From the NCBI GenBank assembly GCA_044336985.1, contig JBIIOK010000001.1:4998-68997 (forward strand): a DNA stretch of 64,000 nt, given 5' to 3'. The stretch's first letter is position 1. Every line of letters starts with the position of its first letter. The notes under the pieces are model-generated. The model did not search any database. It had not been told where the DNA came from and saw only the letters and a list, made by a program, of their open reading frames with translations. Origin of the DNA: Pirellulales bacterium. Its GTDB lineage: Bacteria > Planctomycetota > Planctomycetia > Pirellulales > UBA1268. Shown in pieces: positions 16,727 to 25,100 of the stretch. Position numbers and translations under genes: made by a program.

Positions 16727-19700
16727 ATGAATCGCCGTATTACTTCATGGCTCGCGGTTCTCTCGATCCTCGCCGGACTCGCGGCCGAGGCCGCGGCGGC
16801 GCCGCCCGCCGCGACCGGGCCGGACCTCTCGATCGGGCTCAAGAAGTCGGACATCGATCTCGAGGCCTGCAAGGCGTTTGTCGACGGCAAGGAGGCCGAG
16901 GGCGACTTCAAGAACGGCATCCTCGCCACGCTGGGGCTCGCTGGAGGGAATCCGTGGACCGCGATCCAACCCAGCAAGTGGAAGGAACACAAGGTCATCC
17001 AGTATCTCGTGGTGCTCAAGCGGCCGGTGAAGTTCGGCGCGGTGCTCTTCCAGAAGAACGGCACCATGCAGTACCTGAAGCCGGGCGAGGCCCTGCCGCC
17101 GGATCCCGCCAAGGCAGAAAGCTGGTCGGAGGTGACGTTTCCGCCGAACCAGTCGGGCTGGCGGCTGGCGACCGCCGCGGGCGAGTCGCAGGCCTTTCTC
17201 TGCACCGTGAAGAACGACCGGTACGGCTGGGATCCCTTCACGTTCCTGCGGCTCATGAAGCCGCGGCTCTACAACATCGTGCCCGAGGGGCTCGCCAACG
17301 GTGAGGCGGAATACGTCGCGTATGCGCAGTTTAGTCCGCCGACGTACTACAAGGCGGCGAACATCGTCGCCGGCAAGGGCTCCTGGCAGAGCCATGGCCC
17401 GGACGACACCGGCCGCGTGCCGCGGCCCCCGGTGACCGATATCGACCCGACCTGGTTCGTGGTGTCGTGGAACGAGCCACGGGAGATTTCCGGGATCCTC
17501 CTGAATTCAAACTTCGTGAATTTCAAGATGTATTCCTACAAGGGACCGCCCGGCATCAACCCGGCGGTGGCCGGCCCGCAGGACTGGGCACGGATCAAGC
17601 AGGAGCCACGGTCGGACGGCGGAGCCGCCGTGATCACGTTTCCGCCGATCACGACGCGGGGACTGCGGTTCGTGGCGGAAGCGACCAGGTCGACGGGCGG
17701 TCCCAACGGAACCGCTCGCTGTGGCGCGATCTCGGGGCTGCAGGTGTTCGCCGACCTCAAGGAGGCGGCTGTGCCGAAGCTCGAGGTGGCGGGGCAGGCA
17801 CCGCCGCTGGCGATCAAGTTTGCACTGCCGGAGAAGGCGATCGTGTCGATGGCCGTCGACGGCTCCGACGGCCGCCGGGCGCGGAATTTTCCCGCGCGGC
17901 TGGAGATGGATGCCGGCGAGCAGACGGTGGGCTGGGATCTCAAGGACGAGAGCGGCAGCTTCGTGGCTCCGGGCAGTTACACGTGGAAGGCGATCACGCA
18001 TCCCGGGCTGCAGCTCAAATATGAGATGACGCCGTACCCCAACGTCGAGATGCTGACGAAGGACAACTCGCCGTGGCCGAACGGGGATAGCGGCCCCGGC
18101 GGCTGGATGGCGAACCATACGCCGCCGCGCGCAGTCTGCGCCGCGGGCGCGGACCGGGTCTTCCTGGGCGCCCAAATGTGCGAGGGTGGCTCGGCCCTGA
18201 TCGAGTGCGATCTCGAGGGGCGCAAGGCTTGGGGGCACAGCAACATGATCCCCTGGACCGGACCGGCCTTCCTCGCGAGCGACGGCAAAGACGTCTATGC
18301 CATGCCCACGGTGGCGGGGGGCTTCGCCTTCAAGGGGCTGGTCGATTACGTCTGGCGGTTCACGCTGCCGGAGAAGAAGCTCGACACGCCCTTCAAGCTC
18401 GAGGCCAGCGCCACCCGACAGCGCGGCGCCACTGGCCTGGCGGTTCGCGACGGCAGGCTCTACGTCGCGGTGAACGCAGGAACCGACTGGCTGGAAAACG
18501 CGTTTGACCCGGGAATCGTCGACCAGGACAACTGCGAGCCGAAGTATGCGAAGCCGGTGAAGGCAGACGCGTTTGCACCCGACCGCCGCGAGGACTTCCT
18601 GCGACTGCTGCGGCTCACCCGCGCGCCGGCGGGCCAAGACCTGATCTATCTCGAGACCGCGAAGCAGCCGGCGGCCCGGCAGCACATCGTGATCGCGCTC
18701 GAGAGCGAGACGCCGATCGGGAGTTTCGTCTTTCCGCTGCCGGAGGTGAAGGACCTGCAGATGATCATCAGCGTCTTGAAGCCGGGCGCCGCCTATCCGC
18801 CGAATCCAAACAAGGACGCCGACTGGCAGCGGTTGTATGCCGGCAAGGGGAAGGGGTGGACCGTGGTGCCGGCGCCCGAGAAGACGCTGACGCGGGCCAT
18901 CCGCCTGAGCTTCGACAAGGGGCTCGATGAACTCGACGAGGCGGCTCTGGGCGGCGAATTGGGCGACGACGGGGGGCCAACCCTCGACGGCGGGCTGGAC
19001 CTGGGCGACAAGGGGGACGGCGCGGGCTCCAACGACAAAAACAAGGCCGCCTGGTTCGCCCAGCTCGAGGGCATGAAGATCCTCCGGCGCCGCTTCGAGA
19101 ATCTCTTCCCCACCTGCAAGGTGAGCGTGAATTCCGGCACGGTCACGCCGGAGGGGGAGTGGGAGGCGAACCGCGAGAGGCCGCTGACGTCCGAGAATCC
19201 CGGCATCTACATGATGGAGTGGGATGCGCCGCAGCAGGTCCGCGGGCTGGCGATCAAGGAAGTCGACGGCCGCTTCACCGAGATCGACGCCTGGACTGGC
19301 GACGGCTCTCCCGACATGAAGGCCGACAAGGGCTGGGAGAAGCTCGCGACCTACGAGCAGGACCGGCGGTTGTACTACCACCCCGACAAGGCCTACAACC
19401 ACGCGGCCCGCTACATGGACGGCTATGTCGATTTCGGCCGCGACGTGACGACGCGCGCGCTCCGGATGCGGGTGACCGAACAGTGGCTGTCGAGCGATCA
19501 CGGCTATTACCCGATGGGAGTGCGGAGCGACCGTGGGGGCCGAACGCTCGATCCGACCCGCTGCCGAATCTACGGGGTGGCGGTGCTGCGGGTGGCGGGG
19601 GGCGATACTCCGGTCGACATCCTCGCGACCCAGCGGATCGAGGTCTACGATCTCACCACGAAGAAGCTCGTGCTGGAAATCCCGTTCCCCCAGGGGAGCG

Positions 19701-22033
19701 ACATCGCCTTCGCCCCGGATGGATCGCTCTACGGCATCTCCGACGGCAAGGTTGTGAAGATCGATATCGACGGAGGCAAGCATGTGCCGCTGCCACTCGA
19801 CGTGGGGCGGCCCACGGCGATCACGTGTGGCAAGGCCGGCGAACTCTTCGTGTTCGACAGTGCGGCCGACAAGCGTGTGATCCGCGTCTTCGACGCGGCA
19901 GGCAAGCCGCTGCGGACGATCGGCACGCCGGGCGGCCGGATCATGGGCCCCTACGATCCAAAGCGGTTCACGAGCAGCCCGGGCGTGGCGGTCGATCTGG
20001 CCGTCGATGCCCAAAACCAGCTCTGGGTGGTGGAGTGCGACTGGTCCCCGAAGCGGGTGAGCCTCTGGGGCGTGGACGGCACGTTCAAGAAGGACATGTT
20101 CGGCCCCACGGCCTACGGCGGCGGTGGGGCCCTCGATCCATTCGACAAGTCGCGGCTCTATTACGCACCGTACGACGGACACGGGCTCGAGTTCGCCATC
20201 GACTGGAAGACGGGGGCCACGGCCCTGAAGAACGTGCTTTGGCAGGGCAACGCGCGGGCCGGCGAGCAGGCCATTCAGATCAAGGATCGCCAGTACCTCG
20301 TGACGCGGCCGATGTTCACCGTCCAGCCGGCGGGAATCGTCTATCTCCGGGAGAAAGACCGGCTCAAGTGCGTGGCGGCGATGGGTCATGCCGGTGGCTT
20401 TCCCATGTTGAAGACGCCGGGGATCCTCGACAAGCTCGGCCGAAAGGCCCTCGGCGATGCCGGGTTTGTGTGGAGCGATCGCAGCGGCGACGGTGCCCCG
20501 CAGCCGGACGAGGTGGAATTTTTCGACGCGCCGGACGGTAGTGCCGTGGCCATCGGCAGGTTCGACGAGACGCTCGGCGTCGATTCGTCCAACTTCCGCT
20601 ATGAAGTGAAGGAGATCCTCGCCAACGGCACTCCGGCTTACGAGCGGAAAAAGAAGGCTTTCAATTCCCGCGTGGTGCGGATGGACGACGGCCGGTTCTT
20701 CGTCGTCTTCGACAACCAGCGGATGGCCGCCGTCGATGCCGACGGGAAGGCCGCCTGGACGCATCCGGTGGAAGGCTGGGGCGTGCACGCGATCGCCGGT
20801 GCCAAGACGCCGTGGTATCCGGGCCAGGCCGTGGCGCAGTTCGACGTCATCGGCCATGAAACGGCGACGGCGGGCGATCTGGGGGAGTTCTTCGTGACGA
20901 ACACCAACTGCGGCACGTGGCACATCTGGACCGCCGACGGGCTCTTGGCCGGCCGGATTTTCCAGGACCTCCTCGGCCCGAACAAGAAGCCGTGGAGCAT
21001 GAAGGAGCACGACCGCGGGCTCGACCTGACCGACGTGACGGCGGGCCAGGAGCACTTCAACGGCTCCTTCTGCAAGACCCGCGAAGACGGGAAGTTCTAC
21101 GTCGTCGCCGGCGGCATCACCACCAGCGTCGTCGAGGTGCAGGGCTTCGAAAAGTTCAAGCGGCTCGGGGGGGCGCTGACGGTGACCCAAAAAGACGTCG
21201 ACGCGGCCATGGAATGGGATCGCAAGGTGCAGTCGCGGAAGCTCTACGAGGCGGCGAAGATGATCGAGTGCCGACGGCGGAAGGGCGGGATCACGATCGA
21301 CGGCAATCCCGCCGATTGGGAATTCACGACTGCGGCGCTCGATGGCCGCGACGCTTCACTCGCCATGGCCTATGACGACGCGAACCTCTACGTCTGCTTC
21401 AACGTGCGCGGATCAGGGCCGCTCAAGAACACGGGCAACGACTGGCATCGCCTCTTCAAGACCGGCGCGTCGGTCGACCTGCAGATCGGCGTCGATCCGC
21501 AGGCCGACGTGAAGCGGAAGATTCCGGCCGTGGGCGACTGCCGCCTGCTCATGACCATGACGGACGAGGGGCCGACGGCGGTGCTCTACCAGCCGAACAA
21601 GCCGGGCTCCAAGCCGGAGGAGGAATGGGAGGCGGTGACGGGCGTGGCCCAGGCGGCCTTCGACCGCGTGGCGAAGCTGCCAGACGTGCGGATGGCGGCG
21701 CGGGGCGGCGAGAATGGCTACTGCTTGGAAGCCATGATTCCGCTCAAGTCGCTGGGGCTCGAGATCGTGCCGGATGTGCCCTACAAGTTCGACTGGGGCA
21801 TCCTCGTGAGCGGACCGGATGGCAGCGAGGTGCTCGAGCGACTCTACTGGGCCAACCCCCAGACGAGGATGCTGTCGGACGAGGCGATCGAAGCGAAGCT
21901 CCATCCGGATCTCTGGGGCACGGTGCGGTTCGCAACGGGCTCCGGCCGCAAGGGGCAGCCCGATCTCGACATGGAGAAGAAACTCGGCGGCGAGTTGGAC
22001 GACGACTTCGAGCTCGACCCCGACGAGGAATAA
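16727..22033 (+). CDS. Giant secreted multidomain protein, paralog B (same architecture as 10598-15889)
   Basis: 1768 aa. Signal peptide: MNRRITSWLAVLSILAGLAAEAAA. It is colinear with paralog A over its full length. By hand alignment, about 24 differences fall in the first ~175 mature residues. It has the same FlgD-Ig, NHL and C-terminal CBM9-like blocks and ends in ...DDDFELDPDEE (A ends in ...DDDFKLDPDEE). Confidence 0.85.
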   Translation: MNRRITSWLAVLSILAGLAAEAAAAPPAATGPDLSIGLKKSDIDLEACKAFVDGKEAEGDFKNGILATLGLAGGNPWTAIQPSKWKEHKVIQYLVVLKRPVKFGAVLFQKNGTMQYLKPGEALPPDPAKAESWSEVTFPPNQSGWRLATAAGESQAFLCTVKNDRYGWDPFTFLRLMKPRLYNIVPEGLANGEAEYVAYAQFSPPTYYKAANIVAGKGSWQSHGPDDTGRVPRPPVTDIDPTWFVVSWNEPREISGILLNSNFVNFKMYSYKGPPGINPAVAGPQDWARIKQEPRSDGGAAVITFPPITTRGLRFVAEATRSTGGPNGTARCGAISGLQVFADLKEAAVPKLEVAGQAPPLAIKFALPEKAIVSMAVDGSDGRRARNFPARLEMDAGEQTVGWDLKDESGSFVAPGSYTWKAITHPGLQLKYEMTPYPNVEMLTKDNSPWPNGDSGPGGWMANHTPPRAVCAAGADRVFLGAQMCEGGSALIECDLEGRKAWGHSNMIPWTGPAFLASDGKDVYAMPTVAGGFAFKGLVDYVWRFTLPEKKLDTPFKLEASATRQRGATGLAVRDGRLYVAVNAGTDWLENAFDPGIVDQDNCEPKYAKPVKADAFAPDRREDFLRLLRLTRAPAGQDLIYLETAKQPAARQHIVIALESETPIGSFVFPLPEVKDLQMIISVLKPGAAYPPNPNKDADWQRLYAGKGKGWTVVPAPEKTLTRAIRLSFDKGLDELDEAALGGELGDDGGPTLDGGLDLGDKGDGAGSNDKNKAAWFAQLEGMKILRRRFENLFPTCKVSVNSGTVTPEGEWEANRERPLTSENPGIYMMEWDAPQQVRGLAIKEVDGRFTEIDAWTGDGSPDMKADKGWEKLATYEQDRRLYYHPDKAYNHAARYMDGYVDFGRDVTTRALRMRVTEQWLSSDHGYYPMGVRSDRGGRTLDPTRCRIYGVAVLRVAGGDTPVDILATQRIEVYDLTTKKLVLEIPFPQGSDIAFAPDGSLYGISDGKVVKIDIDGGKHVPLPLDVGRPTAITCGKAGELFVFDSAADKRVIRVFDAAGKPLRTIGTPGGRIMGPYDPKRFTSSPGVAVDLAVDAQNQLWVVECDWSPKRVSLWGVDGTFKKDMFGPTAYGGGGALDPFDKSRLYYAPYDGHGLEFAIDWKTGATALKNVLWQGNARAGEQAIQIKDRQYLVTRPMFTVQPAGIVYLREKDRLKCVAAMGHAGGFPMLKTPGILDKLGRKALGDAGFVWSDRSGDGAPQPDEVEFFDAPDGSAVAIGRFDETLGVDSSNFRYEVKEILANGTPAYERKKKAFNSRVVRMDDGRFFVVFDNQRMAAVDADGKAAWTHPVEGWGVHAIAGAKTPWYPGQAVAQFDVIGHETATAGDLGEFFVTNTNCGTWHIWTADGLLAGRIFQDLLGPNKKPWSMKEHDRGLDLTDVTAGQEHFNGSFCKTREDGKFYVVAGGITTSVVEVQGFEKFKRLGGALTVTQKDVDAAMEWDRKVQSRKLYEAAKMIECRRRKGGITIDGNPADWEFTTAALDGRDASLAMAYDDANLYVCFNVRGSGPLKNTGNDWHRLFKTGASVDLQIGVDPQADVKRKIPAVGDCRLLMTMTDEGPTAVLYQPNKPGSKPEEEWEAVTGVAQAAFDRVAKLPDVRMAARGGENGYCLEAMIPLKSLGLEIVPDVPYKFDWGILVSGPDGSEVLERLYWANPQTRMLSDEAIEAKLHPDLWGTVRFATGSGRKGQPDLDMEKKLGGELDDDFELDPDEE

Positions 22034-22038
22034 ATAAA

Positions 22039-22111
22039 GGTGCCAGCCACCAAATCTGGGCAAGATGCGTAAGCGGCTTGCCCAGATTCTCCAGATTTGG
22101 TGGCTGGCACC
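22039..22111. repeat. REP doublet filling the convergent intergenic gap
   Basis: Forward 22-mer at 22039-22060 and a 21-nt reverse copy, CCAGATTTGGTGGCTGGCACC, at 22091-22111. The spacer contains GGGCAAG...CTTGCCC and a partial extra CCCAGATT. It starts 5 nt after the stop at 22033 and ends 3 nt before the stop of the minus-strand esterase gene. Confidence 0.9.
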
Positions 22112-22114
22112 TTT

Positions 22115-24586
22115 TCAGTGGGTTTCCGCCGCCTTGACGGCGGCCTTGCCGCCCGCGACGCAGATGCTTTCGAGCTTCAGTTCCTGGGCCTTGCCATCGT
22201 CGAAGACCGGCTCGATCTCGAGCAGGTGCGGCACGCTCGGATCGAGGCCGCGGGCCACCTCGTGGAGCAGGAAGCCGTTGGCGGTCTTCCAGCGATTCCC
22301 GTCGAAGAGTTCGGAGCCCTTGTCGGGTCCCCAGGCGATCGTCACCGGCTTGCCGTCGACCTTCAGGCGAAACTTCCCCGATTCGGCGGTCGATTCGCCG
22401 AAGAGCAGGATCGCCGTCGCCTGGACCTCGAGCCGCAAGGGTTCGAGCGGCTGCGGCTCCTTCCCGGGCTTGCCCTGCTCGTCGAGCTTGCGATTCCGCG
22501 CCACGACGAGGTCGTCGAGCCAGCGCGACATGAGCCAGTCGTGGTTGGCGGCCGTGAGATGCGGCCGTCCCTTGCTCCATCCCGACGGCAGCGCGGGCAG
22601 GTCGGCGAGGCGGAATCGCGTCAGGCTCATGTAGGTGCCGCCGTGGAGCGGCTGTGGCGGCACACGCGGCGCCAGCTTGGCCTTGACCGCCGCCTGGTAG
22701 CCATCCCAGGCGGCCGCGGCGAATTCCCGATAGCCGGGATCGTGAGGGTGGACGCCGTCGGTGACCCAGAGATCCTCGAGCGTGTATTTTTTCTGGTCGA
22801 ACGCCCGGCAGATATGCGTCACCGCGTCGCCCCAGCCGTTGCCGTACGCCTGGGCGAGCGCCCGGTGGGCGGTGAGCCGCTTCATGCCGGGCAGCTTCTT
22901 CGTGTCGATGTCCCATTTGAACGGGAAGGCGACCTGCACCACCGGGATGCCCGCCATGGCCAGCCGGCGCAGGATCGATTCGTAGGAGGCGAGTGTTTCG
23001 GGGTCGTCGGAGCCGATGCCGTCGTTGGCGGTGAAATCGACGAACACGAGGTCGGGCTTGTGGGCGAGCGCGTCGCGGTCGAGCCGGAAGGCTCCGAGCT
23101 GCGAACCGGTGCCGCCGATGGCCGCGTCGCGAAACCGGAAATGCGCGGCCGGATACTCCCGCTCGAAGCGGTCGCGCATCACGGCGCGGTAGGAGGTCTC
23201 GACGGGATCGGACGCGTTGGCGCCCCAGGTGAGCGAAGCGCCGAAGAAGACGACGTTGAGTTTCTCCCCGGCCTTGGCCCGGGCGTCGAAGTCGGCGAAC
23301 GAGCCGGGCTTGCCGTCCGCCGCGATCGCGGCCGGCGAACTCACCTGCAGCCCGGCGGGGGTGGTGGCCGTGAAGAAAAACGCCCGGGCATTCTCCGGAG
23401 GCTTTGGCGCGGTGAGCGTGCCGTCGGCGGCCACCTCGGCCGGCACGGTCTGCCAAGTGAGCTTGTTGATTGGTCCCGGGTCGCTCGTGGAGACGAGCGC
23501 CGCTTTGGCGACCGGTCCGCCTGCCGTGACGCGGCACCGCGCGACCGGTCCGTCGACCACGGGCGGGTCGATCACCGGCAGCGCGGGCTTGCCGAGCAGC
23601 GCGGCGTCGATGAAGGCGGCGATCTCCGGCGGGGCCCAGCCCGGCTCGTGGCCGTGCTTCATGTCCACCTCGATGCGGACGTTCTTCGGCGCGTGCCGCA
23701 CGTCGGCGTGGCTCTTCATGAAACTGTCGAGGGGATAGGCGAAATCGTTGGTGCCGTTGACGAAGAAGATCGGCACGCGGCATTTCGGCAGGTAGTTGCC
23801 CGGATCGTAGAGACTGGCCCACCGCGCCGACCGCTCGGGGCCGAGCTTCGCGAATTCGCCGAGCCAGCAACTGTTGTCGCGAAGGTGGCCGCAGCCGTAG
23901 ACCGGCACCGCCGCGCGAAACCGGTCGTCGAGCGAGGCGACGATGCAGGTGGTGTAGCCGCCCCAGCTGATGCCCGTGATCGCCGTGCGGTCGGGATCGA
24001 CTCCCGGCAGGCTCCGCAAGAGCGAGTGGGCCCGGATCACGTTGGCCACGGCGTGGTAGGGCCAGTCGTCGTCGACTTCCGGCGTGGCGACCGTGTCGAA
24101 CTTGTCCTTGTGCTCCTGCCCGGGCCCGCCGTCGGGCAGTCGAACGACGGCGTTCTTCTTCGTCGAGGTTGGATCGGGCCGGTTGCCCGCGAGGTCCATG
24201 GCGATGGCGGCGTAGCCCCGTCGGGCCCAGAGCGTGACCCATTCGGAGAAGGCCGTGCCACCCCCGCCGTGCACGAGCACGATGCCGGGCCAGGGGCAGG
24301 CGGGCACCTTGCCCGCGGCCGGCTTGGCCAAAGGATCCGCGCCGATGCTCGCGGGCGTGGCGTAGTAGGCGAACACTTGCGTGGGTCGGCCCTTTTCCCC
24401 GTAGGGCTCACCCGCGTAGAGGAGCGATCGCACCGGCGCGTCGTCGTCGAGCCATTCGACGGCGGGAGGCGCCGCGAGGCCGGCGAGATCCCAGGGTGGC
24501 GATGCCGGCGGTTCCGCAGTCGCGGCCGCGCAAGAAAAAAGCAACGCGGCACGCGCCGCTCGCACGATCGCAGATGACACCTTCAT
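22115..24586 (-). CDS. Secreted bifunctional esterase: alpha/beta-hydrolase (acetyl-xylan-esterase/dienelactone-hydrolase-like) fused to an SGNH/GDSL hydrolase
   Basis: The ORF track extends to 24667. The ATG at complement 24584-24586 gives the signal peptide MKVSSAIVRAARAALLFSCAAATA, preceded by GAGGA. N-terminal part: IVLVHGGGGT...ITGISWGGY (GxSxG)...FFVNGTNDF...HGHE. C-terminal SGNH blocks: VVFFGASLTWG, IGGTG, VDFTANDG, DGVHPH. Confidence 0.85.
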   Translation of the reverse strand: MKVSSAIVRAARAALLFSCAAATAEPPASPPWDLAGLAAPPAVEWLDDDAPVRSLLYAGEPYGEKGRPTQVFAYYATPASIGADPLAKPAAGKVPACPWPGIVLVHGGGGTAFSEWVTLWARRGYAAIAMDLAGNRPDPTSTKKNAVVRLPDGGPGQEHKDKFDTVATPEVDDDWPYHAVANVIRAHSLLRSLPGVDPDRTAITGISWGGYTTCIVASLDDRFRAAVPVYGCGHLRDNSCWLGEFAKLGPERSARWASLYDPGNYLPKCRVPIFFVNGTNDFAYPLDSFMKSHADVRHAPKNVRIEVDMKHGHEPGWAPPEIAAFIDAALLGKPALPVIDPPVVDGPVARCRVTAGGPVAKAALVSTSDPGPINKLTWQTVPAEVAADGTLTAPKPPENARAFFFTATTPAGLQVSSPAAIAADGKPGSFADFDARAKAGEKLNVVFFGASLTWGANASDPVETSYRAVMRDRFEREYPAAHFRFRDAAIGGTGSQLGAFRLDRDALAHKPDLVFVDFTANDGIGSDDPETLASYESILRRLAMAGIPVVQVAFPFKWDIDTKKLPGMKRLTAHRALAQAYGNGWGDAVTHICRAFDQKKYTLEDLWVTDGVHPHDPGYREFAAAAWDGYQAAVKAKLAPRVPPQPLHGGTYMSLTRFRLADLPALPSGWSKGRPHLTAANHDWLMSRWLDDLVVARNRKLDEQGKPGKEPQPLEPLRLEVQATAILLFGESTAESGKFRLKVDGKPVTIAWGPDKGSELFDGNRWKTANGFLLHEVARGLDPSVPHLLEIEPVFDDGKAQELKLESICVAGGKAAVKAAETH

Positions 24587-24663
24587 GTGTAAGTCCTCGG
24601 GGAGATACAGACCACCTCGTCGCTCGTCGCCCATCCTATCGCGAGTTGCCCCAGGGTTGCGGT

Positions 24664-25100
24664 TCACGCCTCCCGGAGCCGGGCGGCTGCGGCGGTCTCA
24701 AGACGCCTGAATTCCGGCACGGCCTCGCCGATGATCGCCGCATACAGGGAGGCGAGTTCATCGGGCAGGTAATCGTGACCCCCGGATTTCGGAGATCCCG
24801 CAGGGCGACCCACGTCGAGTGGTCGCTGATCAGGCCGACCTTTTCCATGCGCAGCAGCAGATCGCGGAACGTATCCGACACGTTCGCCTCCCGGACCCGC
24901 TCCCAGGTGCGAAAGAATTTGAGGCTCGATTCGAATGCCCTCAGGAATCGATCGCTGAGCGCGTCGTACGGCTCTCGTTCCTGCGGCGAGTAGATGCGGC
25001 CCGGAGTGAAAGGTGCATAAGCATCCGCCGACGCAAACACGAGTTCGAGTGCGGCCCGCAACTTGGCCTGCGAGTCGGCGAGAAGCGGCTCGACAGTCAT
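24664..25100 (-). pseudogene. HEPN-domain toxin (HepT-like) of an MNT/HEPN pair, interrupted by a 1-nt frameshift inside the Rx4H catalytic motif
   Basis: Frame 1 (from the ATG at complement 25098-25100) reads ...HSTWVALRDLRN-PG and then drifts into a Pro/Arg-rich tail (track ORF 24636..25100). From the run of 5 C at 24779-24783 (5 G on the coding strand), the -1 frame reads GHDYLPDELASLYAAIIGEAVPEFRRLETAAAARLREA*, with its stop at 24664-24666. One extra G would restore RDLRNPGGHDY, which fits RNxxxHxY. Confidence 0.7.

Noticed and set aside
17507-21190. 1227-aa minus-strand ORF opposite giant paralog B. Similar ORFs lie opposite paralog A (11603..13648, 13763..15766).
   Set aside because: This is a shadow ORF. 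The plus-strand frame carries a signal peptide, domain motifs and a conserved paralog. The antisense products are low-complexity and R/G/P/H/E-rich, with no conserved features.
24587-24667. 27-codon N-terminal extension of the esterase (MNRNPGATRDRMGDERRGGLYLPEDLH).
   Set aside because: The extension precedes an obvious signal peptide that starts at the ATG at 24586, which has a GAGGA upstream. It would also overlap the reconstructed 3' end of the HEPN gene.
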